From Coraliomargaritaceae bacterium (GTDB lineage: Bacteria; Verrucomicrobiota; Verrucomicrobiia; Opitutales; Coraliomargaritaceae), in assembly GCA_965656495.1 (NCBI GenBank), contig CBFHKU010000007.1:40993-104992 (forward strand): 64,000 bases of DNA, in the 5' to 3' direction. This document shows positions 45,161 through 56,672 of this stretch, in pieces (positions within the stretch are counted from its first letter, which is position 1; each line of letters opens with the position of its first letter). Below the pieces are notes generated by a model, which was not told the DNA's origin, did no database searches, and saw only the letters and a list, made by a program, of their open reading frames with translations. The position numbers and the translations under genes were made by a program.

Positions 45161-46027
45161 ATGCCCGTCACGATAGCCACCCGTAAAAGCCCTTTGGCCC
45201 GCAAGCAAACCGAGCTTGTGGTGGATTGGATTATGGAGCGGTGCCAAGGATGTGAAACCGAAACCCTGCCCTTGAGCACTCAGGTGGATGAGCGTTTGAG
45301 TTGGTCGCTCGAAAAGCGAGGCGGTCTGGGTCTATTTACAAAAGAATTGGAAGAGGCTCTCTTGCGGGGTGATGCGGAATTAGCGGTGCACAGCGCCAAG
45401 GATCTCCCAACCACCCTTCCCGATGGACTCTGCATCGCCGGTTATTTGCCGCGCGGAAATCCACTGGATATGCTTGTTACGCGTATCGGCGCCGAAGCCA
45501 ATCCCAAGACCATCGCGACCAGCAGCCCCCGTCGACGCAACCAACTCAAACAACGATTTCCCGATGCTGAATGGACCAGCATCCGCGGCAACGTCGCCAC
45601 CCGTCTGCGCAAGATTCAAGACGGGCTTGCGGATGCGAGCGTTCTGGCAAGCGCCGGACTGGAGCGGCTCGATATAACTTCCCACGAGGGACTGGTGTTT
45701 GAAAGCTTGCCAGTTGAATCAATGGTTCCCGCCCCTGGGCAGGCTGCGATTGCAATTGAATGCAGAGTAGCGGACCTCGCAAAGTATCAAGGGCTTTTCT
45801 GCGAGCAAACCCAGCAAGCGGTGGAACTGGAACGCGCTTTTCTGCGGGGCCTTGGCAGTGGTTGCCAAACCCCGTTCGGGGTTTACTTCTCTGAAGGAAC
45901 GCTACACCTGTATCATCCGAAATGCGGCTATTTAAACCAAGCACTTGAGTTGCCAGCCGACGGAAACCTTGCTCCCTTAGTGGATCAACTTTTGAACGAT
46001 TTTAATTTATTGGAAGCGAATGAATAA
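45161..46027 (+). CDS. hemC: Hydroxymethylbilane synthase (porphobilinogen deaminase)
   Basis: IATRKSPLA, GLFTKELE, VHSAKDLP, TSSPRR, RGNVATRL, PAPGQA, GCQTP; start at 45161. Confidence 0.93.
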   Translation: MPVTIATRKSPLARKQTELVVDWIMERCQGCETETLPLSTQVDERLSWSLEKRGGLGLFTKELEEALLRGDAELAVHSAKDLPTTLPDGLCIAGYLPRGNPLDMLVTRIGAEANPKTIATSSPRRRNQLKQRFPDAEWTSIRGNVATRLRKIQDGLADASVLASAGLERLDITSHEGLVFESLPVESMVPAPGQAAIAIECRVADLAKYQGLFCEQTQQAVELERAFLRGLGSGCQTPFGVYFSEGTLHLYHPKCGYLNQALELPADGNLAPLVDQLLNDFNLLEANE

Positions 46028-47570
46028 GAATTCCAAAGGTATTGTTTATCTCGTCGGGGCAGGTCCAGGTGATCTCGGCCTTTTGACGGTGCGTGCTCAG
46101 GAGCTTATTTCGGAAGCCGACGCAATAGTCTACGACAAGCTCGCCAACCCCGCTCTGCTCGAATGGGCGCGTCCGGATGCCAAAAAAATCTATGTCGGCA
46201 AAAGCGCCGGCCAGCATTCCATTCCGCAAAGTGAGATTCAGGCAATCCTCCTTGAAGAGGCGGAAGCCGGACTGAAGGTTGTGCGTTTGAAAGGCGGCGA
46301 TCCCTTTATTTTCGGTCGGGGGGGCGAAGAAATTGAATTTCTCCACCAGAAGGGCATTGGCTTTGAGATTGTTCCGGGCGTGACCGCAGCGCTTGGAGCG
46401 GCGGCCTACGCGGGGATTCCATTATCGCATCGAGAGTTTAGCTCCGCGATCACCTTCCTGACCGGGCATGAAGATCCGGAAAAACAAGCGCTCCAGCTCG
46501 ATTTCCGCGAGCATGCCCGCAGCGGCTCGACGCTCTGCATCTACATGGGGGTCGGTCAATTGCCGCGCATTGTTTCGGAATTACTTGAGGGGGGTATGGA
46601 TAAAAGCACTCCGGCTACCATCATCCAATGGGCGACCCTCCCCCAGCAAGCGTCCTTAAACAGTACCCTTGGCAATCTCGTTCAGGACCATCAGGCCAGC
46701 GAAATCAGCGCACCTGCAATTATCATCATCGGTCAGGCAGTCTGCTACCCTGCCCGGAACAACTGGTTTGCCGCGCGTCCACTTTTTGGAAAACGCATCG
46801 TCGTGACCCGCGCCCGTGAACAGGCGGGTCGTCTCACGCAATTGCTCATCGCGCAGGGGGCCGATGTCATTGAGCTGCCTTTCATTAAAGTCGAAACGAA
46901 GTTTGACCCGCAGACCCTCGCGGAGGTTTTTGCGGAATTGGCAGTTTACGAGTGGATAGTTTTCACCAGCGCCAACGGGGTTCGCATTTTCTTTGAACTG
47001 CTCCTCAAAGCTTACCCAGACATCCGTTGCCTCGGGCCCATGCGCATTGCAGCGGTCGGACGCGCCACTGCGGAGGCGATTGAAGCCTATAATCTCAAGG
47101 TAGATCTAGTGCCGAAAAAAGCGAACGGTGATGCACTCGTTGACGAGCTGATTGAGAACGAAGGCGTAGAAAGCGTAAAAATGTTGGTCGTAACCGGCAA
47201 CCTCAACCGCAAAACCCTCAGCACCCGCCTCGAAAATGAAGGACGTGCCATCGTGGACACCTTGCAGCTTTATGCCACCCATCGGACCGACCTTTCGGAC
47301 GACCCGCAGGCAAAGCGTTATCGTGAACAGGGCGCCGACGCCGTACTCTTCACCAGCGCCTCAACGGTTCAATCCTTCATTGAGCAAACAGATGCATTAA
47401 AACTGGAGCCCGATGCCAGGCAGCCCGCCCTTGCCAGTATCGGTCCGATGACCACTGCCGCGCTTGAGAAAAATAATCTACCGGTTGATTTTGAGGCACC
47501 GCAATCCAACCTCGATCACTACGTGGTAGAAACTATTTCCTATCTAAACCACAATAAAAACAACCAATAG
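46020..47570 (+). CDS. cobA: Fused uroporphyrinogen-III C-methyltransferase / uroporphyrinogen-III synthase (CobA-HemD)
   Basis: [23 protein letters not shown]; then [32 protein letters not shown]. Confidence 0.92.
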   Translation: MNKNSKGIVYLVGAGPGDLGLLTVRAQELISEADAIVYDKLANPALLEWARPDAKKIYVGKSAGQHSIPQSEIQAILLEEAEAGLKVVRLKGGDPFIFGRGGEEIEFLHQKGIGFEIVPGVTAALGAAAYAGIPLSHREFSSAITFLTGHEDPEKQALQLDFREHARSGSTLCIYMGVGQLPRIVSELLEGGMDKSTPATIIQWATLPQQASLNSTLGNLVQDHQASEISAPAIIIIGQAVCYPARNNWFAARPLFGKRIVVTRAREQAGRLTQLLIAQGADVIELPFIKVETKFDPQTLAEVFAELAVYEWIVFTSANGVRIFFELLLKAYPDIRCLGPMRIAAVGRATAEAIEAYNLKVDLVPKKANGDALVDELIENEGVESVKMLVVTGNLNRKTLSTRLENEGRAIVDTLQLYATHRTDLSDDPQAKRYREQGADAVLFTSASTVQSFIEQTDALKLEPDARQPALASIGPMTTAALEKNNLPVDFEAPQSNLDHYVVETISYLNHNKNNQ

Positions 47571-47577
47571 AAAGCAT

Positions 47578-48048
47578 ATGCCCAACGTCATCATTGAAAC
47601 CACGCAAGGCTCGATTGAATTTAAACTATTCGAAGACCGCGCCCCGAAGACATGTGAAAACTTCACAACCCACATCAAGAATGGATATTACAATGGAATC
47701 ATCTTTCACCGTATTATCGCAGACTTCATGATTCAGGGCGGTGACCCAACCGGCACCGGAATGGGCGGTGAGTCGATCTGGGGTAAGACCTTCGAAGACG
47801 AATGCCACCCGGATTTGATATTCGATCGCCCCGGCTTGCTCGCGATGGCAAACGCCGGACCCGGAACCAACGGCAGCCAATTTTTCATTACGACGGTTGC
47901 CACGCCCTGGCTCAATATGCGTCACACTATTTTTGGTGAAGTTGTCGAAGGCATGGAGGTCGTTAAAAAACTGGAAGCAGTGGAAAAAGGCCCCGGCGAC
48001 CGTCCCATCGAAGAACAAAAAATAGAATCGGCACGGGTCGTTGAGTAA
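47578..48048 (+). CDS. Cyclophilin-type peptidyl-prolyl isomerase
   Basis: [39 protein letters not shown]. Confidence 0.95.
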   Translation: MPNVIIETTQGSIEFKLFEDRAPKTCENFTTHIKNGYYNGIIFHRIIADFMIQGGDPTGTGMGGESIWGKTFEDECHPDLIFDRPGLLAMANAGPGTNGSQFFITTVATPWLNMRHTIFGEVVEGMEVVKKLEAVEKGPGDRPIEEQKIESARVVE

Positions 48049-48820
48049 AGCGCTTACGATATTTGCCCTTCACGGATTCACCGGAGGGGGCGCGGACTTT
48101 GCGGGTTTTGCTCAGCTGGCATTACCCCAAGCTCGTTGGATATGCCCGGATTTACCGGGGCATGGTGCTGCGTCGCACCTACCCTGCGGCCCGGATGCCT
48201 CAATCGAAACGATCGAAGCCCATTACGCCGCCGCTCAAACGGATTACCGCGAGGATTTTAAAATCCTGCTGGGCTACTCAATGGGCGGTCGCGCGAGCCT
48301 CCTGCATGCTTGCGCGCTTGAGGAAAAATGGGATGCCCTTGTTTTGATCAGTTGTAATCCGGGGATTGAAGCAGAGTCGGAACGAAGCGCCCGACGCGAC
48401 GCCGACCTGCGGCTCGCCTCGAAAGTCAAAGATATGGGCGTAGACGCCTTCATCCAGGAATGGCAGGAGCAGCCACTCATTCAAAGCCAGCGAAGCATTC
48501 GCCCCGATTGGTTTGATGCAATGCAGCAGACCCGTCGCCAGCATTCAGCAGAAGGCCTTGCCGCTAGTTTGATTGAATTTAGCCAGGGAAGCTGCCCGAA
48601 CCTCTGGCCGAAACTGGCAACTTTGAATCTCCCCGTGCTGCTTATTAGCGGAACCGAGGATAAAAAATACCGGGCGATCTGCGAACGTATGCACGATCAA
48701 ATGAATAATTCAAAACATACTCCCATCGCCGGAGCGGGACACATGCCCCATCTTGAGCAACCCGAGCAAACTGCCAAAATACTCCGGCAATTCGTTCAGG
48801 AAGTGCATCAAAATCATTGA
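48041..48820 (+). CDS. Alpha/beta hydrolase, MenH-like
   Basis: [34 protein letters not shown]. Confidence 0.8.
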   Translation: MSKALTIFALHGFTGGGADFAGFAQLALPQARWICPDLPGHGAASHLPCGPDASIETIEAHYAAAQTDYREDFKILLGYSMGGRASLLHACALEEKWDALVLISCNPGIEAESERSARRDADLRLASKVKDMGVDAFIQEWQEQPLIQSQRSIRPDWFDAMQQTRRQHSAEGLAASLIEFSQGSCPNLWPKLATLNLPVLLISGTEDKKYRAICERMHDQMNNSKHTPIAGAGHMPHLEQPEQTAKILRQFVQEVHQNH

Positions 48821-49380
48821 ATCGTCTTCAAGTTGGGATCCAACTCGATGCGCTCCGGGAAGGAAATAAGGGCGCCCTCGATTACATCGGATATGATCGC
48901 CTCGCGTAGATTTAAAATCTCTACACAGTCGGGCATACTGGAGCGCCAGAAAATACGGTCCTCTTTGGGGTCGTAAAGTTCAACAACAAGACTGCACATT
49001 ACGCGGGGTCGGACCTCGTCCCGACTAAAGCCCCTAAGCTCGGGTATGTTCTCAAAGCCGTCGTTCTGCATTAAAGCCACTTTGAGGGCCTTCTTCCACT
49101 CGGTGCGTATAATGAAATCGGCACTTCTTTCCGAGCGAGCAAAGCCCCGTTTTCTCATTTCCGCATCCAATTTAAACAAAGTATATTCCGTCAAGCTTGC
49201 ACCGGATGACTCGGTCCAATCCATCCCGCTCAAATGAACCTCCCCTACTTTGAAAGTCTGCAATAAATGAAAATCAGTTGTCTGCACAAAATCACCCGGT
49301 TCACGGTCTGGGCTGAGACAACCACCCAAAAGTAAGATCAGCGCAAAACTGATGAAGCGGATATTTCTAAAGTGAATCAT
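48814..49380 (-). CDS. Putative lipoprotein (DUF4136-like)
   Basis: Lipobox-like LGGC; RGF....ADF, LVVELYDP....FWR, ends FP. Confidence 0.6.
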   Translation of the reverse strand: MIHFRNIRFISFALILLLGGCLSPDREPGDFVQTTDFHLLQTFKVGEVHLSGMDWTESSGASLTEYTLFKLDAEMRKRGFARSERSADFIIRTEWKKALKVALMQNDGFENIPELRGFSRDEVRPRVMCSLVVELYDPKEDRIFWRSSMPDCVEILNLREAIISDVIEGALISFPERIELDPNLKTIQ

Positions 49381-49442
49381 GATGCGATAAGAGTACGACT
49401 AGGGTTGCGGCTAACTGATACTACCATAAAGTATTAAGCATT

Positions 49443-49529
49443 ATGCGTCTTACGACTCAAGAACGTTATGCCCTCAGCATTCTTATCTTAATTTTTGCTA
49501 TCGCGCTCATCGGCTGGTGCTTCATTTGA
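49443..49529 (+). CDS. Putative 28-aa single-transmembrane small protein
   Basis: MRLTTQERYALSILILIFAIALIGWCFI; fits inside the 49381-49539 gap; below ORF-track cutoff. Confidence 0.5.
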   Translation: MRLTTQERYALSILILIFAIALIGWCFI

Positions 49530-49539
49530 GCCTTCAATT

Positions 49540-50658
49540 TCAACGAATGCTTACAGAGGGTAATAACTCGATTAAAGTCATCTCCGTCGGGCAATTGAAG
49601 CGCATGCGTGGCAGACCACCATATCGATTGGAACCGGCACCCGCCGAGACATTGAGGAGCGGGAGCCCGACGCGAGTCATCCCCCGTGACCATTTGTGTG
49701 GTACCTTACTGTCGGTTACGAGGGCGCCCCAAAATGGCAAACGCACCTGACCGCCGTGGGTGTGACCCGCGAGGCATAAATCAATCGGGTGATTGGCGAG
49801 CTCCATCGCAAAGTCAGGCGCGTGCCCCATTAATATTTTAAAGGCGGCAGGGTCCGTTTCCTGCGACCAACGATCGATGCCGCGAAGCGCCCATTTGCCA
49901 TGCTTGGATTCGTATAAACTGAGTCCGTGGATGCTGATCAACCCGCCACTTGTTTCGATTGTGCGTGAGCGGGACGAAAGCATCTCCAAAGGCTTCAATG
50001 TATCCACCGGAATACGATATAGGTTTAAATCGGTATCACCAAAGACTCCAAAGCTGCCATAACGAGGTCGCACCCTTTGCATGAGCTCCATCAATTTCGG
50101 GAATTCACCCGCAAAGGTAGCGGGCGGAACAACCTGTAGATAATCTCCGGTATTGATGATGATATCCGGCTCTAAGGCCCGAATACGCTCAAACAGCTTC
50201 ACCTCATAGTCCGTGATCGAACCGGCCTGAATGTCGGAAAGATGCACAATGCGAACCGGCTCCGTTAATTTCGGCGTCAGGATCTGGACCTCCCTCACCT
50301 TCAGACGGAAAGGCTCAACTTTCGTCATGTAAAAACGCAACGCCAACAGATCGAATGCCAAAAACAGGAACAAGAGCGATGCCCAACCGGCGCGAGCTCC
50401 ACCGAATATTTTCAAGCCAAGACCGAGGCAGCCGCACCCGATCAACAAAGCGGGCAGCAGTCCAAAATTAAATTCAAAGGCGCGATGTATGACCGCAAAG
50501 TCAGGATCCAGGAGCCCGGATTCATAGAATTCATAGTTTTTAATCAGGGCAAAAATCAGGAGGCTTAAGCCGGGAATCAAAAACCACGCAAAGCGTCCCC
50601 CTCCATGCCTTTGCCCTGCACTTTCAACTGTAGCGATTCGTTGGCGAAAAACAGGCAT
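49540..50658 (-). CDS. Membrane-anchored metallophosphoesterase
   Basis: N-terminal TM helices; HLSDIQ, TGD, GDTD, HAPD, GHTHGGQ; start uncertain. Confidence 0.82.
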   Translation of the reverse strand: MPVFRQRIATVESAGQRHGGGRFAWFLIPGLSLLIFALIKNYEFYESGLLDPDFAVIHRAFEFNFGLLPALLIGCGCLGLGLKIFGGARAGWASLLFLFLAFDLLALRFYMTKVEPFRLKVREVQILTPKLTEPVRIVHLSDIQAGSITDYEVKLFERIRALEPDIIINTGDYLQVVPPATFAGEFPKLMELMQRVRPRYGSFGVFGDTDLNLYRIPVDTLKPLEMLSSRSRTIETSGGLISIHGLSLYESKHGKWALRGIDRWSQETDPAAFKILMGHAPDFAMELANHPIDLCLAGHTHGGQVRLPFWGALVTDSKVPHKWSRGMTRVGLPLLNVSAGAGSNRYGGLPRMRFNCPTEMTLIELLPSVSIR

Positions 50659-50674
50659 CCCATTCAATTAAATA

Positions 50675-51580
50675 TCAGCCGCAACCTGTGAGCAAGCGGT
50701 ATGCCTCCAGGTAACGATCCAAAGTCCCCTGCAATACAGATGCCGGCAAGGCCGGTGGAGGTGGGGTTTTATCCCAATCCAGACCATCGAGATAATCCCG
50801 CACGTATTGCTTGTCGAAGGAAGCCTGTGCGCGGCCCGGCTCATATTCTGCCAGCGGCCAGTAGCGTGAGGAGTCCGGCGTTAATATTTCATCGATTAAA
50901 TACAACTCCCCCTGCTCGTCCGTTCCGAATTCAAACTTCGTATCTGCAAGCAGGATGCCGGCTTTCTCCGCCCGCGCCACGCCCATTTGGTAAAGCGCCA
51001 GACTGATCGCATGTACCTTATCAAACGATTCCTTGCCGATCAGTTCCGCCGCATCGGCGCAATCAATTGGCATGTCATGTCCGCTCGCCGCCTTAGTGGT
51101 GGGGGTAAAGAGGGGCTCGGGCAGTCGGGCACTCTCAAGCATTCCCGCCGGAAGGCTATACTCAAAAAGCCGTCCGGTCCCTTCATATTCTTTCCATCCC
51201 GAACCTGCCAGATAACCGCGCACCACCGCCTCAATTGGCAATGGATTGAGCTTTTTTACAATCATACTGCGTCCCTTTAAAAAAGGAAAATCTGCTGCCA
51301 ATGCTTCCATGCGTTGATCATGATTCTCTGCGAGGTGATGCCGAGTCAGCGTTGCGGCAGCCTCAAACCAGCACAAACTGATCTGGGTCAGAAGAATGCC
51401 CTTCCCCGCAAGACCTTCTTGCATAATGACATCAAAGGCCGAAACCCGATCGGTCGCGATCATCAGCAGCGCGTCGCCCAGATCATAAATTTCGCGCACT
51501 TTGCCCGATGCAAGGTGTGGATAAGGCAATCCCTCAACTTTCAGCAATGGCGTCTCAGGCAACTCAAACGGGTACTTCAT
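50675..51580 (-). CDS. purC: SAICAR synthetase
   Basis: GKVREIY, TDRVSAFD, VVRGYLAGS, FTPTTKA, DTKFEFG, DEILTPDSSR, DKQYVR; start at 51580. Confidence 0.95.
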   Translation of the reverse strand: MKYPFELPETPLLKVEGLPYPHLASGKVREIYDLGDALLMIATDRVSAFDVIMQEGLAGKGILLTQISLCWFEAAATLTRHHLAENHDQRMEALAADFPFLKGRSMIVKKLNPLPIEAVVRGYLAGSGWKEYEGTGRLFEYSLPAGMLESARLPEPLFTPTTKAASGHDMPIDCADAAELIGKESFDKVHAISLALYQMGVARAEKAGILLADTKFEFGTDEQGELYLIDEILTPDSSRYWPLAEYEPGRAQASFDKQYVRDYLDGLDWDKTPPPPALPASVLQGTLDRYLEAYRLLTGCG

Positions 51581-51699
51581 ATACAAAAATTGATTCCTGC
51601 ACCGAATCCTAGCAACTATTTCTTCGCATTTAAGCCCATATAAAATTTGAAGAAAAAACTTGCAGGTCACATAAGGCATCGTAAGTTCTCCTAATTCTT

Positions 51700-51783
<84 letters not shown>

Positions 51784-51880
51784 TCTCCAAGGCATCCATG
51801 ACATCGAGATTTTTTGCTGAAAACGGCTCTTTTCGTGCATTGCCATTGATTCCCGGCAGAGAGCTTATTGAATAGCTTGC

Positions 51881-53878
51881 ATGTCCGACCCTAGACAAGA
51901 AATAGCACAGCTGCGTGCAGAAATTGCGGAGCACGACGCCCGCTACTACCAAGCAGCGCAACCTACAATCGATGATCAGGCATACGACCGCCTGAAGTCG
52001 CGTCTTCAGGAACTTGAAGCCCGGTACCCCGAACTCGATCGGCCCGATTCCCCCAGTCATGCCGTGGGTGATGACCGCTCAAAAGGTTTTGACAGCTATA
52101 CCCATCGCAAACCGATGCTGAGCCTCGACAACACTTATAACCATGCTGACTTGCTCGCTTTTGGCCAACGCCTTGAAAAACTTTTTCCCGACCAGGCATT
52201 GCACTACATCATCGAGCCGAAAATCGACGGAGTGGCGGTCAGCCTCAGCTACGAGCAGGGTCACTTAGTCCGGGCGGTCACGCGGGGCAATGGAGTTGAG
52301 GGCGACGTCATCACCCAAAATTTATCCCACTTGGAGCATTTGCCGACATACCTCGAAGGTGCCCCTGAAATACTCGAGATCCGTGGCGAGATATATATGA
52401 CCCATCGCGAATTTGAGCGGATCAACAAGGAGCGCGAGCAAAACGGCGAGAGTCTCTATGCAAATCCTCGAAACCTCGCAGCCGGAACCGTGAAGCTGCT
52501 TGATCCAAACGAGGCCCGCACGCGCAAACTGGAGATCGTCCTCTACGGCTTGGGCGCCTGCAAGCCCGATAATTTCTTCCGCTCACAATCCGAGGTTCAG
52601 GAAAAACTCCGCGCATGGAATTGCCCGGTCCTTGAGAAATTCTGGACCTGTTCCGGGATCGATGCGGTTTGGCCTTGTATCGAAGAACTCGATGAACGAC
52701 GGCAGGACTTTGCCTATCCCACTGACGGAGCCGTTATCAAGCTGGATTCCATCTCTCAACAGGATGAGGCTGGCAGCACTGCCAAAGCTCCACGCGGCGC
52801 GATCGCTTATAAATTTGAGGCCGAACGCGCCGAAACAGTCCTCAGGGAAATTCAAATGCAAATCGGACGCACCGGCACCGTGACACCGGTCGCGATCCTT
52901 CAACCCGTTCAATTAGCCGGTACCGTTGTTTCCCGCGCCACCCTCCATAACGAGGACGAAATTCAGCGCAAAGACATACGGCCCGGCGATACCGTTCTTG
53001 TTCAAAAAGCCGGTGAAATCATCCCGCAAATCCTTTCAGTCAACCTCGGCAAGCGCCCGGCGGACAGCAAACCCTTCAATTTCGAAGCCCGCCTGCTTGA
53101 ACTCGGGATTCAAGCGGAGCGACAATCCGGCGGCGCGGCATGGCGGGTGGATGCACGCGACAACCCCGAGCGACAAAGCCGGAGCCTGCGCCATTTCGCG
53201 AGTCGCGTTTGCATGGATATTGAGAACCTTGGCACCGCAGTGGTCGAGCAATTGGTTCAACGCGGACTGGCGCGTGACCCGGCGGATCTGTACCAACTCA
53301 AGCTGGAGCAATTACTCGAACTGGAAAAATTTGCCGAAAAATCTGCCCGCAATCTGCTTGAAGCGATTGAAGCAAGTAAAAATCAGGCGCTCTGGCAATT
53401 GATCCACGGACTGGGGATTCCCAACGTAGGGAAGCAATCCTCCAAAGATCTGGAAATGCATTTGGGATCTATGGATGCCATCGCTGGCGCGGAGGTCGCT
53501 CAACTGGAATCGATTGATGGGATTGGCGGCATCATGGCAGAAAGTATCGCGGCGTGGTTCGCGGACGAACAGCACCGTGATTTGATCGAACGCCTTCGCG
53601 CCGCCGGGCTGAATTTTGAATCGAAACTCAAGCAAAACCTTGGCGACGGGCCCTTGCACGGTAAAATATTCGTACTGACGGGCACCCTACCCAGCCTGAG
53701 CCGCACCGAGGCTACCGAAAAAATCGAAGCGGCAGGAGGCCGCACCAGTTCCAGCGTCAGCGCCAAGACCCATTATTTGCTGGCAGGTGACTCTGCCGGT
53801 TCAAAACTGACGAAGGCTGAAAAACTCGGGGTCACGGTTCTGAGCGAAGCAGCATTTCTGGAATTGTTGAATCAATAA
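51881..53878 (+). CDS. ligA: NAD-dependent DNA ligase
   Basis: PMLSLDN, EPKIDG, RGEIYM, IAYKF, RATLHN, HhH repeats, C-terminal BRCT. Confidence 0.96.
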   Translation: MSDPRQEIAQLRAEIAEHDARYYQAAQPTIDDQAYDRLKSRLQELEARYPELDRPDSPSHAVGDDRSKGFDSYTHRKPMLSLDNTYNHADLLAFGQRLEKLFPDQALHYIIEPKIDGVAVSLSYEQGHLVRAVTRGNGVEGDVITQNLSHLEHLPTYLEGAPEILEIRGEIYMTHREFERINKEREQNGESLYANPRNLAAGTVKLLDPNEARTRKLEIVLYGLGACKPDNFFRSQSEVQEKLRAWNCPVLEKFWTCSGIDAVWPCIEELDERRQDFAYPTDGAVIKLDSISQQDEAGSTAKAPRGAIAYKFEAERAETVLREIQMQIGRTGTVTPVAILQPVQLAGTVVSRATLHNEDEIQRKDIRPGDTVLVQKAGEIIPQILSVNLGKRPADSKPFNFEARLLELGIQAERQSGGAAWRVDARDNPERQSRSLRHFASRVCMDIENLGTAVVEQLVQRGLARDPADLYQLKLEQLLELEKFAEKSARNLLEAIEASKNQALWQLIHGLGIPNVGKQSSKDLEMHLGSMDAIAGAEVAQLESIDGIGGIMAESIAAWFADEQHRDLIERLRAAGLNFESKLKQNLGDGPLHGKIFVLTGTLPSLSRTEATEKIEAAGGRTSSSVSAKTHYLLAGDSAGSKLTKAEKLGVTVLSEAAFLELLNQ

Positions 53879-53880
53879 GC

Positions 53881-55497
53881 ATGGACTTTCAGGTTTTACA
53901 CGAACTGCTGCAAAGGCAGCCTCTGCTCACCCTCTTTGCCACCGTCGCGCTCGGTTTACTGCTCGGTCGCATCTCGGTAAAGGGAATCCAATTGGGTAGT
54001 TCCGGAGTCCTTTTCATGGCACTCCTCGCGGGTCACCTCGGCTATTCTGTTCCCGGCGGAGTCGGCACCCTGGGCTTGGTGCTGTTTGTTTATTGCGTGG
54101 GCATAGGTGCGGGTGGCCGGTTTTTTCCATCGCTCATGCGGGATGGCGCTACCCTCGCCAAGCTTGCCTGCATCATTGTCGCAACCGGCGGCTTTATCGC
54201 TTGGGTCGGGGCTCGCTGGATGGAACTCCCGGTGGATTTGGCGGCAGGGATCTTTGCGGGTGCCCTGACCAGCACACCGGCACTTGCCGCTTCGGTAGAG
54301 ACTTTTTCAGATGCTGCTCCGGGGGTCAGCATCGGCTACGGTATCGCCTACCCGGTCGGCGCGATCGGGGTGGTGCTTTTTGTACAGGTTTTGCCCCGCA
54401 TCCTGAGATATGACCTCAATGCCATCGCCGCCGCAGAAACGGAAAACTCCGACTTCGGCGATGAAGTTTCAAGTGTCTTGGTTGAGGTGACGAATCAAAA
54501 CCTCTTCGGCAAGAACATTGCGACTTCGGGCATCACCCACTTCAACGCCTGCCAGATCTCACGCGTTTACCGGGAGGATCAACTCGTTCCGATCAAATAC
54601 GATGACTGCTATGCCGAGGGGCAACTTTTGCTGCTTGTTGGAAAAAATAGTGAGATTGATTTAGCGATTGATTACCTCGGTGTGCGCAGTGACCGACCGA
54701 TCCTGTTGGACGCGGAGAATGAGCGACGGAAACTTTTGGTCACCGATCGAGGCGTTGCTGGCAAATCCTTGCAAGACCTCGCTCCCCTTAAAAATTACGG
54801 AATCATCATTACCCGGATCACCCGCCTCGGGATCACTTTCGTGCCGGGGAGCCAAACCGTCATTGAGGTAAACGACCAAATCACCGCGGTGGGTCAAAGC
54901 GGCGACCTCGAACGATTCGCCAAGGCGGTCGGGCATCGATCCAATGCGATTGATACGACCGATCTGCTCTCGCTCTCCGCCGGACTCAGCATGGGGATTC
55001 TGCTCGGTCTCACGCCCTTTGCCTTACCCGGCGGCAGTCCGGTCACCCTCGGTTTGGCGGGCGGTCCCCTCTTGGTGGCGCTCCTGCTTGGGCATTTCGG
55101 CAAGGTTGGCAATATCGTGGGCCATATTCCACGACCCACCCGTATGCTCCTGCAAGAATTAGGCTTGGTCTTTTTTCTGGCGCATGCCGGTATTCGGGGA
55201 GGATCGGCCTTTGTTGAAACCTTTCAGCAGTATGGCCTTCCCTTGTTGCTGCTCAGCGCCTGTATCACATTTTTGCCGATCTTGTTCGCATGGGTCTTTG
55301 CCCGTCGATGGTTTAAGCTCAATCCCCTCCAGTCCTTGGGCGGCATTTGTGGCAGTATGACCTCTACTCCAGCACTCGGTGCCATAACGGAAAAAACGGA
55401 CTCGCAAATGCCGGTTGTGAGCTACGCCTCCGCCTACCCGATCGCGTTGATTGTGATGATCCTTTTCGCTAAAACTCTTATTGGTCTTTTAGTTTAG
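53881..55497 (+). CDS. AspT/YidE/YbjL-family antiporter with TrkA-C domains
   Basis: Duplicated TM domains with GALTSTPAL and GSMTSTPAL flanking soluble RCK_C region. Confidence 0.88.
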   Translation: MDFQVLHELLQRQPLLTLFATVALGLLLGRISVKGIQLGSSGVLFMALLAGHLGYSVPGGVGTLGLVLFVYCVGIGAGGRFFPSLMRDGATLAKLACIIVATGGFIAWVGARWMELPVDLAAGIFAGALTSTPALAASVETFSDAAPGVSIGYGIAYPVGAIGVVLFVQVLPRILRYDLNAIAAAETENSDFGDEVSSVLVEVTNQNLFGKNIATSGITHFNACQISRVYREDQLVPIKYDDCYAEGQLLLLVGKNSEIDLAIDYLGVRSDRPILLDAENERRKLLVTDRGVAGKSLQDLAPLKNYGIIITRITRLGITFVPGSQTVIEVNDQITAVGQSGDLERFAKAVGHRSNAIDTTDLLSLSAGLSMGILLGLTPFALPGGSPVTLGLAGGPLLVALLLGHFGKVGNIVGHIPRPTRMLLQELGLVFFLAHAGIRGGSAFVETFQQYGLPLLLLSACITFLPILFAWVFARRWFKLNPLQSLGGICGSMTSTPALGAITEKTDSQMPVVSYASAYPIALIVMILFAKTLIGLLV

Positions 55498-56638
55498 GAT
55501 CATTCAGGGCACGTTCTGCTAAAGCCTGCATGCGGAGCGCCGCGTTCCAGTCATTCAAATAATCAATTAAAGTACGGGTGCGGCGGAAGCCCGGTTCCCC
55601 AAATAATATCTGTTCATAAAAACGTCCCAGTGATTGAGCGGTATTATAATAAAGCGGATTGACCCGCAGCATTCCATTGAGAATCACCCGTTGTCGCTGC
55701 GCGATGAGGGCTTGCACTTCCGCATCCACCCTTTGCATTCCCAGTTCCCGTAGATTGCGAATATTCAAGGCATCCGGGAACGCCTCCATGCTTGCCAAAG
55801 CTTCCAGCCATTGGCGCGACTCCTCCATTGAATCCACCGAACCGCCCGAGCGCCGATGCAGAGCCTCAACCCCGGCTTCCCACCATGCCGCATCCGGATT
55901 CGCTGGATTTATTTTGCTTTGACGCAGCTTCAATTCTTTTTCGACCGGCACGCCAACGAGCGCGGCCTCAAGTATTTGCGCCGCCGCTTCATGCTTGGGA
56001 ATTAAAGTATCTACAGCCTCCACAAGCGCATAAGCGGTGATCAAGTCAAACTCGCTGCCCCGCCTTGCAGGCATCGCCTTTTTTACGTCCGTCGCTTCAA
56101 GCGCCTGAAATTGACGCTTGTAAGATTCGATCATTGAGGGTCTCAGTCGGAGAAATAATTTTTCCGCCAATCCCGCAATGACCCAAGCTGACATTTGATC
56201 CACCGCAGAACGCCCATATCGATAATACACCGCCCGCACCAACAGTGCTTCAGTCATGACATGACATACGGTACGCAATTCAGTGTCCGTATTCCACTGG
56301 ATTCGCAGCGTCACAAATCCACCCTCCTCGATAGTCAAATCCGACTCCTCCGCGCCGGGAACTGCCGAATCATTGGGATCCAGCAACACCGTAATTCGTT
56401 GCGGGAAATTGGGTGGCAGTAAATCCAAATACTGCTCGCACATGTACACCGCTTCACGTCCCAACTCGCCTACCCGATAGACGGAGGCACGTTCCGTTCC
56501 CGCTACTTCAAAATAAGGACTGCTGTCGGTGACAATTCGTTCAGGCGGAATTTGAGCGTCGGATTGAGCGGTTGATGCAGTTGTAAAAGAAGCACCCAGT
56601 AAAAACAATGAGACGGTAATTTGCGGGCGCAAAGACAT
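55478..56638 (-). CDS. Hypothetical secreted protein
   Basis: 386-aa ORF with signal-peptide-like N-terminus; CHVMTE...WVIAGL resembles a degenerate zincin (HExxH) region. Confidence 0.7.
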   Translation of the reverse strand: MSLRPQITVSLFLLGASFTTASTAQSDAQIPPERIVTDSSPYFEVAGTERASVYRVGELGREAVYMCEQYLDLLPPNFPQRITVLLDPNDSAVPGAEESDLTIEEGGFVTLRIQWNTDTELRTVCHVMTEALLVRAVYYRYGRSAVDQMSAWVIAGLAEKLFLRLRPSMIESYKRQFQALEATDVKKAMPARRGSEFDLITAYALVEAVDTLIPKHEAAAQILEAALVGVPVEKELKLRQSKINPANPDAAWWEAGVEALHRRSGGSVDSMEESRQWLEALASMEAFPDALNIRNLRELGMQRVDAEVQALIAQRQRVILNGMLRVNPLYYNTAQSLGRFYEQILFGEPGFRRTRTLIDYLNDWNAALRMQALAERALNDPKLKDQ

Positions 56639-56672
56639 GATAATCGGGGTAAAACTGAAAATGCGCCGTGAA

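Noticed and set aside
48041..48820. Assigning the symbol menH
   Set aside because: Motifs are MenH-like, but no other men genes are in the window and alpha/beta hydrolase specificity cannot be fixed by eye.
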